IMG/VR virus record: IMGVR_UViG_3300049228_000029
Coordinates: 1 to 24,961 of that record
Reading direction: 5' to 3' (one strand)
From: a virus
Lineage: Duplodnaviria; Caudoviricetes
DNA: 24,961 nucleotides
Position numbers and translations under genes: made by a program. This document shows positions 14,978 through 24,961 of the stretch, one piece after another. Positions within the stretch are counted from its first letter, which is position 1. Every line of letters starts with the position of its first letter. The notes under the pieces are model-generated. The model saw nothing but the letters and a program-made list of their open reading frames with translations. It was not told the origin of the DNA and did no database searches.

Positions 14978-16782
14978 GTGCTCCGCAGTGGCAACCGGGC
15001 ACACTCTACCCGCCGGGTTCGCTGGTCGTCCCCCTTACGTTGGCGCCAATTCAGAGCGGGAACGTCACGAACTACAGTTTCGCCAGTGGGGCGACAGGGT
15101 GGACGCTCGGAGGCGGGTTCGCCGTATCCAACGCAGGCGGTTTCGATGATACGTGGCGGGCGCGATTTACTGCCGCGGCTGCGGACGCCACTAACAATGA
15201 CGTGAAGGATATAAACCCAGGGTGCGTGATTTCTGCATCCTGTCGCGTATTCCTCGAAGGGCCAAGCACCCATGCCGGCGGGTCAGTCGTTCTAGACTGG
15301 TTCGATTCAGGCATGGTGTTCATCAGCCGTAACTCGGGGAATAGCGTTGATTACTCGAACACGGGCTATGACGCTTGGCGGCAGTCGAGTGTGGTTGCAA
15401 CCGCCCCAGTAGGGGCCACGAAAGTCCGCATAGGGTGTTCGGCGTTTCGCGTTTCCGGGACGGCTGGAACCTTGTTCGACGCATTCGTGTGGGACTGGAC
15501 GTATACGCCACCCGACGTGTCCACAGGCATAAGCTACAAGGCGACGCAGGCGGACTCTGCATTCTCGGCGTCGATCGAGCCGGTGTGGCCCGCGGTCACG
15601 TTCTCGGTTGTGGACGGTGGTGTCACCTGGCTCGGAACGACGGCGAACCGGGTTCTGTGGCAGACCTCCCCGCTCCTGAAGTCCGGGGCTGTCGAGCCGA
15701 CGTGGCCGACCGCGGTGGGCGGCCAGATCGTCGACGGCACGATGGCGTGGGAAGTCATTACCGGACAGATTCTCGACGACAAGTGCCCGCACTCGAAGAT
15801 CGTCGCCATCGCGGCCTCGAAGGTATTCGCCGCGGACAACGACATTATCTCCTTCTGTGCGACCGTCAACCCGCTCGACTGGACGACCCCGAACGACGCG
15901 GGGTACATTCCGTTCGGCCTGAACACGCACGGCTCCACGCCCGCGACGGCGCTGGGCCTGTACCGCAGCAACCTCGTCATCTTCAACGACGAAGGCTACC
16001 AGATGTGGCAGGTCGATGAAGACCCGGCCAACAACGCGATCCTCGACGCGTCGCCGGTCGATTGCCCGTACACGCATTCCGTGCAGGGCGTGAGCAACGA
16101 TCTGCTGTTCCTCTCGGCGCGCGGCATTCGCAGCATCGGCATCGCGGGCGCAAGCACGAATCTGCAGGCGGGGTATTTCGGTGCGCAGATTGACCCGCTG
16201 GTACTCGCCGCCATCAAAGCACAGAGCGTCGGGGAGTTCCCCGTCAGCCTGTTCTGGCCCGGCGCAGGGCAGTATTGGCTGATCTTCGGCAACGAAGCCT
16301 TCGTCCTCACGATGAACGGTGGCCCGAAGGATCAAAGCTGGAGCCGCTACACGTTCCCGTCGGACATCACGGATTGGGCGATCCTCGGCACCGAACTGTA
16401 TCTGCGCTCGGGCACGTACATCTGGCGCGTGAGCGAAGACGCCCTGACCGACGACACGCAGGTCACGGGTCCGATCGGCGGCAACAACACGGCCTTCCAC
16501 GGCGAAATCTGGTGGCCGTATCTCGACTTCGGTGCGCTGGGCGTGGACAAGCAACTGGAAGGCTTCGATCTGGTCATCACGGGCAACGTCACCGTCCGGT
16601 TCGGGTACAACCAGAACAACACGTCGCAGGTCACGACCGACTACGCGATCGTGGGCGACACGCTGCCGGGCACGATGATCCCGATGCCGCTGACCGCCCC
16701 GAGTTTCCAGATTCGCCTGATCTTCGACGCCGGCCAGACGTGGGAATGGATGGCGACCAACATGTACGCGAACAACCTGTGA
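14974..16782 (+). CDS. Tail nozzle/stabilisation protein, C-terminal part with carbohydrate-binding-like domain
   Basis: GGGAG SD, GTGA overlap; NYSF...GWT...W......APVGA jelly-roll CBM pattern, EPxWP repeats, then propeller-like PLDW, NLVIF, DLLFLS, WSRY. Confidence 0.75.
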   Translation: MSAPQWQPGTLYPPGSLVVPLTLAPIQSGNVTNYSFASGATGWTLGGGFAVSNAGGFDDTWRARFTAAAADATNNDVKDINPGCVISASCRVFLEGPSTHAGGSVVLDWFDSGMVFISRNSGNSVDYSNTGYDAWRQSSVVATAPVGATKVRIGCSAFRVSGTAGTLFDAFVWDWTYTPPDVSTGISYKATQADSAFSASIEPVWPAVTFSVVDGGVTWLGTTANRVLWQTSPLLKSGAVEPTWPTAVGGQIVDGTMAWEVITGQILDDKCPHSKIVAIAASKVFAADNDIISFCATVNPLDWTTPNDAGYIPFGLNTHGSTPATALGLYRSNLVIFNDEGYQMWQVDEDPANNAILDASPVDCPYTHSVQGVSNDLLFLSARGIRSIGIAGASTNLQAGYFGAQIDPLVLAAIKAQSVGEFPVSLFWPGAGQYWLIFGNEAFVLTMNGGPKDQSWSRYTFPSDITDWAILGTELYLRSGTYIWRVSEDALTDDTQVTGPIGGNNTAFHGEIWWPYLDFGALGVDKQLEGFDLVITGNVTVRFGYNQNNTSQVTTDYAIVGDTLPGTMIPMPLTAPSFQIRLIFDAGQTWEWMATNMYANNL

Positions 16783-17258
16783 CCGTCACGCTGCGCCCCA
16801 TCAGCTTGACCTCGATCCTGCTGGTGTGCGGCCACTTGCCGCGCGCGGAGCAGGAAGTGATCGAGGCCCTGAACGGGGTTGCATTCGACTCGGATGACGT
16901 GGCCCGGCAGGCGGCCAACTACCCCGGTCTGGCATGGACGATTGAGGCCGAGGGATTCCCGATAGTCGTAGGCGGGTTCATCCCCCAGCGCCCCGGCGTG
17001 TACCGGACGTGGTTCTATGCTACAACCGATGCGTGGGAGCGGTTCGGCCGACCCGTCACGAAACTTGTGCGCCAGGTATTGCACCAGATGCTCGTCGAGC
17101 AGGCGCACCGTGTAGAAGTAGTGACGCTGGCCGACCGCGCCCGCACTCACTGGTGGTATGAAGTCCTCGGCCTGCATCGGGAGGCACTTCTGGAGGGTTA
17201 TGGCGCAAGCGGCCAGGATGCGGTACTCTATGTGGCACTGAAACCGGAGGCAACCTGA
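16779..17258 (+). CDS. GNAT-fold tail assembly protein (T7 gp13-like)
   Basis: GTG overlapping the nozzle stop; 159 aa; WYEVLGLHREALL..YG C-terminal pattern; canonical position between nozzle and ejection genes. Confidence 0.7.
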   Translation: MTVTLRPISLTSILLVCGHLPRAEQEVIEALNGVAFDSDDVARQAANYPGLAWTIEAEGFPIVVGGFIPQRPGVYRTWFYATTDAWERFGRPVTKLVRQVLHQMLVEQAHRVEVVTLADRARTHWWYEVLGLHREALLEGYGASGQDAVLYVALKPEAT

Positions 17259-17860
17259 TGTGTGGCGGCGGAAATCATGCAGCGGAACAAGCCGCCCAGG
17301 CGGAAACCGATCGGCAAGGGCGGATCAGCGGCAATGTGTCTGCGATCAACTCGGCCTACGCCGGCCGCGAGCCCCAGTATGCTGATTTCCGCGCGGCCCT
17401 GCAGAAGCAGTTCGGCACCGAACTCGGTCGCCAGCAGCAGGTCGCCCAGCGCCACTTGAAGTTCTCGTTGGCGAAGACGGGCAACACCGGCGGCAGCGTC
17501 GCCGTGGATCAGGGCGCCGAATTGAACCGCGAGGCGGCGCAGGGTGCCCTGACCGCCGAGCAGCACGCGCGCGGGGCCGAGGCCAAGCTGCGCTCGGCGG
17601 ACGAGCAGAGTCGCCTCGGCATGATTTCTGTGGCACAGTCCGGTGGTGACATCGGCAATGCAGCGACGCAGACGGCGAACTCGCTGCGCGCCAATATCGA
17701 AGGTGCTCGATCGGAAGGGCAGGCGCAGGGCCTCGGTGACTTGTTCGGCGGCACGGCCGACATTTACAAGAAATCGCAGGACGCCGCGCAGTTCCGCAAA
17801 GGGCTCGGATCAACGATTTATGGTTCGCCGTGGGGTCTTTCCGCGGCAGGGGGGCGATAA
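17258..17860 (+). CDS. Internal virion/ejection protein
   Basis: GGAGG SD, TGATG coupling, MCGGG start, Ala/Gln/Gly-rich helical sequence. Confidence 0.75.
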   Translation: MCGGGNHAAEQAAQAETDRQGRISGNVSAINSAYAGREPQYADFRAALQKQFGTELGRQQQVAQRHLKFSLAKTGNTGGSVAVDQGAELNREAAQGALTAEQHARGAEAKLRSADEQSRLGMISVAQSGGDIGNAATQTANSLRANIEGARSEGQAQGLGDLFGGTADIYKKSQDAAQFRKGLGSTIYGSPWGLSAAGGR

Positions 17861-18534
17861 TGTGTTACGGAACAGAGGCAGCATGGATTCCGGCGGTTAT
17901 CGCTGCGGCCGGCGCAGGGACGAGCGCGTATACCGCGGACAACGCACGGAAGCAGCAGGATCAAGAGGCGTCGGCCGGCATCATGCGCCAGGCGCAGTTC
18001 CAGCGACAGGCCGATGCGAAGGTCGGCCAGACCGTTCAGCAGATCAGCCAGTCGAACCCGGACGAGGACAAGAAACTCGCCGAACGTGACTACCTCGCCG
18101 CGCTTCAGCGGAACAAGCAAGCGACGACGGGCGCACTTAATCCGGTGGCCGGCGCCAGCGACCGCTACGCCGAGGACCTGTCGAGCGCAACCGCGACTGG
18201 CGCGACAAACACTGCCGGATTGGTGAAAAACCAAGCCGCGGTCGATGCGCCGACCTTCCAGCGTCTTCGTGAATCGAACGCCGCGGGCGACCTCGCCTCG
18301 CAGCTTGGCCTTATCAACGGTGCCTCGGGCGGCGCGGATGCTCTGATGCGCTCGCGCATCGTCTCGATCCGCGCGAATCCGTGGCTCACGGGCCTCGGCT
18401 CGGGGCTGCAGGCCACCGGCGGCGCGCTCGCGGGTGCCGACTGGAAAAAGAAACTCCCGAAAAACCCCGGTCAGACTCCGGGCTACGGCGACGGGATCGG
18501 CGACAACCCTGACATCGGCTTCGGGGGTCACTGA
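17860..18534 (+). CDS. Internal virion/ejection protein (gp14/P22 gp7-like)
   Basis: TAATG coupling; MCYG...IPAVIAAAGAGTSAY hydrophobic N-terminus. Confidence 0.75.
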   Translation: MCYGTEAAWIPAVIAAAGAGTSAYTADNARKQQDQEASAGIMRQAQFQRQADAKVGQTVQQISQSNPDEDKKLAERDYLAALQRNKQATTGALNPVAGASDRYAEDLSSATATGATNTAGLVKNQAAVDAPTFQRLRESNAAGDLASQLGLINGASGGADALMRSRIVSIRANPWLTGLGSGLQATGGALAGADWKKKLPKNPGQTPGYGDGIGDNPDIGFGGH

Positions 18535-18535
18535 T

Positions 18536-19831
18536 ATGGCTGATTGGTCACAACTCGGGACGGCACTCGGCGGCTCGGTCAACGACGCCCAGGGCCAGTC
18601 CATTTCATTCCTGAAGGGTCAGAACCTCGGGATGCAGAATCAGCATCTTGGCGCCGAGACGCAGGCCGCGCTCGCGCAGGCCGAGGAACGCGTCAACAAG
18701 CAGAAGGCCCTGAAGACGCTCGCCCCGATGATGTCGAAGATTCCGGGCATCACGCCTGAAATGGCCGACGCCGCTGCGACGACACTCGCGGCCGGCGGAA
18801 ACGTAATGGACATGTTCAACGCTGCGGCGAAGTCGCAGGAGGTTGGATTCCGCAATGCCGCCGCTGCCGCCCCGACGCCGGCCGGCGCGAACCGCCAACT
18901 GCTGAACTTGGCGAACGGCCCGGTGGACCTGAATCAGAGCATGGGTGAAGGGACGTACACCGATCGTTTCGACCCGACGCAGGCCGTTCACACGAATGAA
19001 CTCGGCGACGCTCTCGTTGGTCAGCGCAACGCCTCGGCCGACCTCGATCGCGAGCGGGCCGCACACCCCGAGAACTTCCGCGCCCCTGTCGCGCCGCCAC
19101 TGGACCCTGCGACGATCGCCGCGCTCGGTGCGCTCGCCGCGAAGGGTCAGATTGGTCTGCCGACCGGCCGCGCGCTGACGACTCCGACGGGCGCCGGCAT
19201 CGTGCAGGCCGCGGCCGGCATCAATCCGAATCTCGATCAGGCGACCTTCCCGAACCGGCAGGCCGCCATCAAATCGTTCAAGGGCGGCGGCGTCGATGGT
19301 CGGCAGGTCGGCTTCATCAGCACGGCCCTGACCCATCTGGACACGACCGACAAGTTGGCGCAGGCCCTCAACAACGGTGATTTTCAGGTCGTCAACCGAC
19401 TCATGAACGCGCTCGGCGCGCAGACGGGCAGCCCGGCGCCTACGAGTTTGCAGGGCGCAGGAATCATCGTCGGAAACGAAGTGGTGAAAGCCATCGCGTC
19501 CACCGGCAACTTGAGTAAGGACGAGCGCATGAAGATCGAGGCGGCGTTCAGCGACGTGCGGAGCCCGTCACAGTTGGCGGACCTCACGAACACGTACCGC
19601 GAACTGCTGGCCGGTCAGCTTGGCACGAAGGCGCGCATGTACAAGGCCACGACGGGCCTCGAAGATTTCAACACCCTGTTGTCGCCGGCATCCATTGCAC
19701 TGCTGAAAAAGGCGCAGGCCACCGAAGCGGCCGCGACGGCCGGCCCCGGTGGTGAGAAGGAAGGGGATACCGGCGTATCCAAGAGCGGGAAGCCGACGGT
19801 ATACCGCGGCGGGCATTGGGAGTACCAGTAA
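18536..19831 (+). CDS. Ejection (DNA transfer) protein
   Basis: ATG 18536, 431 aa, Ala/Gln-rich helical, C-terminal GKPTVYRGGHW motif of a type seen in ejection proteins. Confidence 0.75.
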   Translation: MADWSQLGTALGGSVNDAQGQSISFLKGQNLGMQNQHLGAETQAALAQAEERVNKQKALKTLAPMMSKIPGITPEMADAAATTLAAGGNVMDMFNAAAKSQEVGFRNAAAAAPTPAGANRQLLNLANGPVDLNQSMGEGTYTDRFDPTQAVHTNELGDALVGQRNASADLDRERAAHPENFRAPVAPPLDPATIAALGALAAKGQIGLPTGRALTTPTGAGIVQAAAGINPNLDQATFPNRQAAIKSFKGGGVDGRQVGFISTALTHLDTTDKLAQALNNGDFQVVNRLMNALGAQTGSPAPTSLQGAGIIVGNEVVKAIASTGNLSKDERMKIEAAFSDVRSPSQLADLTNTYRELLAGQLGTKARMYKATTGLEDFNTLLSPASIALLKKAQATEAAATAGPGGEKEGDTGVSKSGKPTVYRGGHWEYQ

Positions 19832-22041
19832 TGGGCGGTCGCGTCCCTGACGACGATCTGCCAACCGCGGCACAGTCTAAAATTGTCCCCGCGGACGATC
19901 TGCCGGGCGCCTCGGCGGCCCACATGGTGCAGACTCCGCAGGACAATGACGTGTATGGGGTTGGCCGTTTCCTGAAAGGCGTGCTGGGTGACGCCATGAG
20001 CCAGAACAACGCGCCGTTGAAGGCCGGGATTGAACTCGCGATGCAGGCTCTCACGGGCTACGCCTCGAAGGCCGCCGGTGGACTGGCCGGCGCCGCGTCA
20101 CTCCCGTTCGTCGGCCCGGAACGCGCCGCGGGGGTCGTCCACAGTGTCGAGGAAGCCGGCACCTATCAGCCGCGCTCCGATGCGGCGAAGGCCGCGACCG
20201 AACAACTCGGCGGGATCGTCGCTCCGGTGCTCGGCGCCGCGGGTCGGCAGACGGCGAAGCTGGGCAATGCGGGCGAAACGATCGTCAATGCCGCGGCAGA
20301 AGCGATTCCTGACGTGCTGCCGCTGGGCGCGGCCCTACGCCCGGCTGCCCGCGCGGCCCGCGCAGCGGCGGCCGTGGAAGGCGCTGCAGCCCCCGCCGCC
20401 CCGATCAGTGAGACGACCACGCAGGCGATTGATCGCGGCTGGAACCTGCGCCCGTCGGACGTGGAGAAGGCGAATCCCGCGGCGAAGGGGAAGGTCCCCG
20501 GCACCACGCGGCAGACGCTCCAGAATCAGGGCAAGCTGCACTCCGATGCCGTACTGGAGAACCAGGCGAAGGCGACGGACATCGGCGGTCGCGAAATCGG
20601 CGTCGAGAAGGCGACCGAAATTCTGCCGAAGCATCTGGACGAACTGCGCATCCCTCACAACAAGAACTATGAAACCGCTGGCAAGGCCGCGGGCAACTTC
20701 GCCGACAAGAGTCTGGAAGGTGATCTGGAATCGGTATGGAAGGCCGTCTCGCCGGAGGACAACCAGCAGCTTGCCGTCATGAAGATCGCGAAGGTCTACA
20801 ATCCCGAGGGGTTGTCTGGCCCGTCGCTGGTGAAGTCCATCCAGAAACTCCGCATCGACGCAGCGAAGGGGATGAACTCGACCGGGACGCGCGATCAGAT
20901 CATCGGGGCCGCGAAGAAGGTCATCGCGAACAAACTCGAAGATGCGCTCGCGCGCCGGCTCGATACGATGGGTGACAAGCAGGTCGTGACGGCGTTCCGT
21001 GACTCCCGGCAGGCGCTCGCGAAAATCCACAACGTCGAAGACTCTCTCACCGGCGGCCAGATCGACCCGCAGAAGGTTCTCAAGCTGCGCGAGGCCGGCG
21101 CCCCGCTGACCGAAGGGCTGAATGAAATTGCCGACATGGCGGAAAAGTTCCCCGATGTCGTGCGATCGGCGCACGGGACCTCGACCGGCGGCGGGCTGCC
21201 CCATACGAAGACCGGAGTGATCGGCTCCACGGTGGGTGCGCTCGTTCGCAAGATTCCGGGGCTGGATGTCAGCACTCCGGGGTTCCGCCAGAAAATCTCG
21301 GCGGCCGGTAAGGGACAGCAGGCCGCGGCCGGTGACGCCTTCAACAAGGTGAAGCCCGCAAAGCCGGTCGAGTCGAACCAGGGCCGCCAGCCGGACATGA
21401 TCGGCCCGGATATGGCGGTCCCGCCGACCACTGAAATTCCGCAAGGCGCACTGGGTGAGCATCCGGCGTTCCTGCGCGACGGCGTGCGGCCCAGTGCTCC
21501 GGGCGTCGCCGATCCGTTGGCTGGTGGTCTCGGCGATCAGCTTGAAGCCTTCGGCCCGCGTCCGACGGAAGAACTGACCCTGCAGAACGTGCCCGGCTCC
21601 GCGCCGCGCATTCCGATGCGCAACACGGCTGGCCCGACCGAGGAAATGATCGGCCCCGACTACGCACTGGCTCGGCCGGAAGGCGAAGTGGGCCTGGTTC
21701 ACGCCAATCTCGGCGACCAACTCGAGGCGTTCGGCGTCCCGCCGGACAAGGCCCTCACCTTGTTGCATCCCGAGGGTGTCACGCCGCCCCGGCCGGCCAT
21801 GCCCCCGAGCCCGGTGCGTCAGGAAATCATGATCGGCGACGAATTGGCGCTGTCCCATCCGCCGGGCGCGGTTGGCGTACCGTCTCCGTTGCCGAATCCC
21901 GCCAATGAACTCGGCGACCAGTTGACCATGTTCGGTCAGCCCCCGCCGGAAGCCCTTGCCCTGACCCCGCCGCCGGGAATCCCGGCCCCGGTCATGCCGG
22001 CCGCCATGCAGAAGAAGGCGCCGCCGAAGAAGGCGAAATGA
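19831..22041 (+). CDS. Large ejection protein with Pro-rich repetitive C-terminus
   Basis: TAATG coupling; VPxDDLP x2 at the N-terminus, Gly/Ala hydrophobic segments, three MIG(P/D)..LGDQLxxFG repeats. Confidence 0.75.
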   Translation: MGGRVPDDDLPTAAQSKIVPADDLPGASAAHMVQTPQDNDVYGVGRFLKGVLGDAMSQNNAPLKAGIELAMQALTGYASKAAGGLAGAASLPFVGPERAAGVVHSVEEAGTYQPRSDAAKAATEQLGGIVAPVLGAAGRQTAKLGNAGETIVNAAAEAIPDVLPLGAALRPAARAARAAAAVEGAAAPAAPISETTTQAIDRGWNLRPSDVEKANPAAKGKVPGTTRQTLQNQGKLHSDAVLENQAKATDIGGREIGVEKATEILPKHLDELRIPHNKNYETAGKAAGNFADKSLEGDLESVWKAVSPEDNQQLAVMKIAKVYNPEGLSGPSLVKSIQKLRIDAAKGMNSTGTRDQIIGAAKKVIANKLEDALARRLDTMGDKQVVTAFRDSRQALAKIHNVEDSLTGGQIDPQKVLKLREAGAPLTEGLNEIADMAEKFPDVVRSAHGTSTGGGLPHTKTGVIGSTVGALVRKIPGLDVSTPGFRQKISAAGKGQQAAAGDAFNKVKPAKPVESNQGRQPDMIGPDMAVPPTTEIPQGALGEHPAFLRDGVRPSAPGVADPLAGGLGDQLEAFGPRPTEELTLQNVPGSAPRIPMRNTAGPTEEMIGPDYALARPEGEVGLVHANLGDQLEAFGVPPDKALTLLHPEGVTPPRPAMPPSPVRQEIMIGDELALSHPPGAVGVPSPLPNPANELGDQLTMFGQPPPEALALTPPPGIPAPVMPAAMQKKAPPKKAK
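21397..21975 (+). repeat. Three imperfect 60-80 aa repeats MIG(PD/DE)...LGDQL(EA/TM)FG..P...L.L
   Basis: QLEAF 21538-21552, QLEAF 21718-21732, QLTMF 21919-21933. Confidence 0.85.
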
Positions 22042-24230
22042 AGGTCCGGGTAGCCGTCTCCGGCACGATCGGTAAAACGGTCGTCATCGACACCGATCCG
22101 CCTAAGATCGGTACGAACCTGCAGCTTCCTGATGGCTCTATCCCGACGCTGGAGGAACTGAAGACCGCGCTGGGCATCAGTGCCCCGGCTGCCCCGACGG
22201 CCGGCGCCCACCGGCTCCTGAGCGGCCTGGCGCTGGGGAACGACCATCCCCAGTATGTGCTGCGCTCGATCCTGACCACGGACGGCGACATCTTTATTCG
22301 CTCTGCAGGCGCCGTAGCGCGGCTCGGGGCCTCGGTCAATGGTTACGTGCTGACACTGGTCGGCGGCCTCCCTGCGTGGCGCCTACCGCCCGTACAGCCC
22401 GGCCCGCAGGGTGAGGAAGGAATGCCAGGTGATGATGGCGCCCCCGGCCCGGCCGGCCCTGCGGGCGCTCGTGGCCCGATGGGTCCGCCCGGCCTGGATG
22501 GTGCCGACGGTTCCGACGGCGATCCGGGCGTACCGGGTCCGGCCGGCGCAACGGGTGCCACGGGGCCGGCCGGCGCCAGCGGCTCGGGCGGCGGATCCAT
22601 CGTCTTCGTGGACGACCGCAACGACTGGGACGACACGCCGATCGTCCCTTATACCGCGGTTCTCAGTCAGTACAATCGCTGGGGCGCTCGGCAGATTTTC
22701 AGCGGCGGCACGGGCACGGGCTTCGGGGCCGGCGCTGACATCCGCATCACGAACGTCGATCGCCCCCAGTTGGCGTTCCGCGAGACGCAGGCCGGTGCCA
22801 ACCAGAAGAACTGGTCGATCTGGCCGCGCAGTGGCGTGATGAACTTCGCGGTGCAGGACGATGCCGAGAGCACATCGCAGAACTATCTCGAAATCAACTG
22901 GTCGGGTAGCTCGATCGGCACCATGACTTACGGGCAGCAGTCCGGCGAGCAGACCTCGCATCTGTTCTACGGGTCGGTCTACCGACTGCACGGCGCCGCC
23001 GCTTCGACATTCTCGGCGGGCGGCTGGTGTACCCTCACGGCCGCGGCAACTGTTGGCAACGGAATCTACTACGACTTCACCGTGAACGGGGCCACGATCA
23101 GCTATCTGAAAACTACGGCAACAGGCATGGACCTGAACACATACACTGCGATCCCGCTACGACTCGGGACCGGCGTTTCAGGCACCGGCGGCACGCGCCT
23201 CACCATTAGCAGCACGGGCGCACTGACTATCGCTGCCCCTGAAGGGTCCGGGACAGCACTCACAATCAACACTCCGAATGCGGCTGCGATGATTGGTGTT
23301 GCCCTTGCATCCGCGGCCGCTCAGACCGTTATTCTGACCGCGGGGACGGGCTCGACGACCGGCGCGATGATGCATAAACTCACCACTACGGGCGGAACCT
23401 ACTACCTCGGCGCGGATAACTCGGCCGGAAGCGCAATTCTCGATACGGCGTATGCATTTGTCATGAACGTCGATTCGGCTCGCTCGATTCTGTTCGGAAC
23501 GAACAACATAAAACGTATGGGGATTGCCTCGACCGGGGAAATCACCATGTACGCCCCGACCAGTGGGGAAACCCTCAACGTGAATGCGGTCGCAGGCAGC
23601 ACCGCAATCCGCGGCAATGGGCAGTACATGTTTGCCGGCGTTGATGACGCAAGTACGGGAACCTTTTACGTCCAGCGCCACTCGACGACGGGCTGGCTGC
23701 TCGGGATCGGGACCAACACGTCAACATCGTCTGGAACGAATAGCCGCACCATTATCGTAGCCAACGGAATCTCGACCGCAATACTTGAACTGAATATCAG
23801 CGGCACTCGCAAGACCTACCTGTATTGCGATGGCACCGATTCGACTCTGCTGGCTGCCGGCAACCTGCGCCTCGGCGCGGGCGCGGCGACCTTGGTGTCC
23901 GGCGTCATCACGGCCGACGGTTCGGGCAACCTGACCGCGGTCTCCGACGAGCGCGTCAAGCGCAACATCCGCCCGTTCCGCACCGGGCTCAAGGCGGTCA
24001 TGAAGGTCCGCCCGATTCTGTACGGATACACCAAAGCCTCGGGTCTCGATCAGTCGCATGACAACTACGCCGGCTTCAGCGCGCAGAATGTGCGAAAGGT
24101 GATCCGCGAGGCCGTCGGCAAGGACAGCCGGGGGCTCTACACCTTCAACGACCGCCCTGTTCTGGCCGCCCTGGTCAACGCCGTGCAGGAATTGGCGGCC
24201 CGTGTGCGGGAACTTGAGGCAAAACCCTGA
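22038..24230 (+). CDS. Tail fibre with collagen segment and C-terminal intramolecular chaperone (peptidase S74)
   Basis: DHPQY and LTTDGD..RL...GYVL..GLPAW shaft motifs, Gly-X-Y ~22401-22578, S-D-E-R-V-K-R-N-I autocleavage motif at 23943, GFSAQ, C-terminal coiled coil LVNAVQEL. Confidence 0.92.
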   Translation: MKVRVAVSGTIGKTVVIDTDPPKIGTNLQLPDGSIPTLEELKTALGISAPAAPTAGAHRLLSGLALGNDHPQYVLRSILTTDGDIFIRSAGAVARLGASVNGYVLTLVGGLPAWRLPPVQPGPQGEEGMPGDDGAPGPAGPAGARGPMGPPGLDGADGSDGDPGVPGPAGATGATGPAGASGSGGGSIVFVDDRNDWDDTPIVPYTAVLSQYNRWGARQIFSGGTGTGFGAGADIRITNVDRPQLAFRETQAGANQKNWSIWPRSGVMNFAVQDDAESTSQNYLEINWSGSSIGTMTYGQQSGEQTSHLFYGSVYRLHGAAASTFSAGGWCTLTAAATVGNGIYYDFTVNGATISYLKTTATGMDLNTYTAIPLRLGTGVSGTGGTRLTISSTGALTIAAPEGSGTALTINTPNAAAMIGVALASAAAQTVILTAGTGSTTGAMMHKLTTTGGTYYLGADNSAGSAILDTAYAFVMNVDSARSILFGTNNIKRMGIASTGEITMYAPTSGETLNVNAVAGSTAIRGNGQYMFAGVDDASTGTFYVQRHSTTGWLLGIGTNTSTSSGTNSRTIIVANGISTAILELNISGTRKTYLYCDGTDSTLLAAGNLRLGAGAATLVSGVITADGSGNLTAVSDERVKRNIRPFRTGLKAVMKVRPILYGYTKASGLDQSHDNYAGFSAQNVRKVIREAVGKDSRGLYTFNDRPVLAALVNAVQELAARVRELEAKP

Positions 24231-24242
24231 TTCCCGTATAGT
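24214..24242 (+). promoter_or_regulatory. sigma70-type promoter TTGAGG-N17-TATAGT
   Basis: -35 at 24214-19, -10 at 24237-42, upstream of AGGAGG SD. Confidence 0.55.
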
Positions 24243-24281
24243 CGGCTGGCACCATCCCACCTATTGACCAGGAGGAAATTC

Positions 24282-24551
24282 ATGTCCGACGAAAATACCG
24301 CAAACCAGGCCGCCCCGGAGAAGGCTCCGCAGGCGACCATTTCGATGCCACAGGTCTCGACGGTTCAGCTTGCGCAGTACGCGCTGAACGTGTTCAGCAA
24401 GTCGAGCATCGCGGCTGACGAGGAATCACTGATCTTCGCGATGCAACTGCGCGCCATGCTGGGCGGCCTCGCATCGGGCCAGTTGATCGTGGGTCGCCCC
24501 GAGGCGGCCTCGCAGGTCCCGCCTCCGTCACTGAAGGCAGTGAAGAAGTGA
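24282..24551 (+). CDS. Hypothetical protein
   Basis: AGGAGG SD (24270-75), ATG 24282, 89 aa. Confidence 0.8.
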   Translation: MSDENTANQAAPEKAPQATISMPQVSTVQLAQYALNVFSKSSIAADEESLIFAMQLRAMLGGLASGQLIVGRPEAASQVPPPSLKAVKK

Positions 24552-24817
24552 GCGACTTGGGCATGGCGTTGCTGGAAATCAGCGAAAAGCTGGGCGCGAT
24601 CCGCTCGACTGCTGATTCAACGCACGCTCTGCTCAAGGCGCACATTGAGGACGACAAGTCCGTCGCTGACCGCGTAACGCAGATCGAACTGCGCTACGCG
24701 GGCCAGCGAGGGAGTGTCAAGATGCTCGGGCTAGTTGCTACAGGCGCCGGGGCGGTGCTGGGAGCCCTTTTCGGGCCGGCTGCTGGGGAGTGGGTCAGCC
24801 ACCTTTTCCGTCGCTGA
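24548..24817 (+). CDS. Holin-like/XhlA-like membrane protein
   Basis: GTGA overlap; N-terminal coiled coil, single C-terminal hydrophobic helix, basic tail; located after the tail fibre. Confidence 0.6.
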   Translation: MSDLGMALLEISEKLGAIRSTADSTHALLKAHIEDDKSVADRVTQIELRYAGQRGSVKMLGLVATGAGAVLGALFGPAAGEWVSHLFRR

Positions 24818-24952
24818 CGGCTGAACCCCACACGGGCCGACGTGCGGATGCAGACTCTTGCAACACTCGTTCGGACCAATAGGTAGTCCGCACTCTCCCG
24901 CCTCCCACTCGGGCCGCTGATCCGCGATAGCGCGGTGAGCCGCCGCTTTCAT
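24731..24952 (-). CDS. Possible small Cys/His-rich protein of a convergent operon
   Basis: ATG 24952, C-x7-CC-x3-HPHVGPC cluster. Overlaps the holin-like gene by 87 nt and upstream context is cut by the window edge. Confidence 0.35.
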   Translation of the reverse strand: MKAAAHRAIADQRPEWEAGECGLPIGPNECCKSLHPHVGPCGVQPSATEKVADPLPSSRPEKGSQHRPGACSN

Positions 24953-24961
24953 GGCGTCTCG

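Noticed and set aside
14940-14980. Programmed frameshift joining the two nozzle ORFs
   Set aside because: No slippery heptamer; the second ORF has its own GGGAG SD and a GTGA coupling.
2373-21858. Many long minus-strand ORFs (e.g. 2373-3596, 7483-8565, 9190-10416, 15307-16554, 20335-21858)
   Set aside because: Antisense shadows of GC3-rich plus-strand genes; no SD, no motifs, Arg/Ala-biased.
22038-24230. Diversity-generating retroelement target
   Set aside because: No reverse transcriptase and no TR/VR repeat pair seen; the fibre ends in an S74 chaperone rather than a C-type lectin domain.

Overview
A GC-rich tailed-phage (or prophage) segment with podovirus-type morphogenesis genes, almost all on the + strand. 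About 1 kb of non-coding control DNA comes first. It holds a 22-bp inverted repeat with a sigma54-consensus site, iteron-like AGCGGACAA repeats around an AT-rich core, an IHF-like site and twin GTTGCAAC palindromes. The genes then run: two small ORFs, terS, terL, an inserted head-decoration module (collagen fibre, 488-aa beta-rich protein, cryptic 70-aa ORF, small jelly-roll protein, epsilon15 gp10-like staple), portal, scaffold, HEXXH protein, major capsid, cement, Ig-adaptor fusion, a nozzle split over two genes, a GNAT/gp13-like protein, four ejection proteins, a collagen/S74 tail fibre and a holin-like gene. Four observations stand out: (1) a ~130-nt structured leader whose hairpin buries the capsid Shine-Dalgarno and has a competing fold; (2) three repeats with clamp-binding-like QLxxF motifs in an ejection protein; (3) a hidden ORF that needs an ACG start or UGA readthrough; (4) a dual-coding stretch behind the scaffold gene. 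All family calls come from motif recognition and synteny by eye; no searches or folding programs were run.
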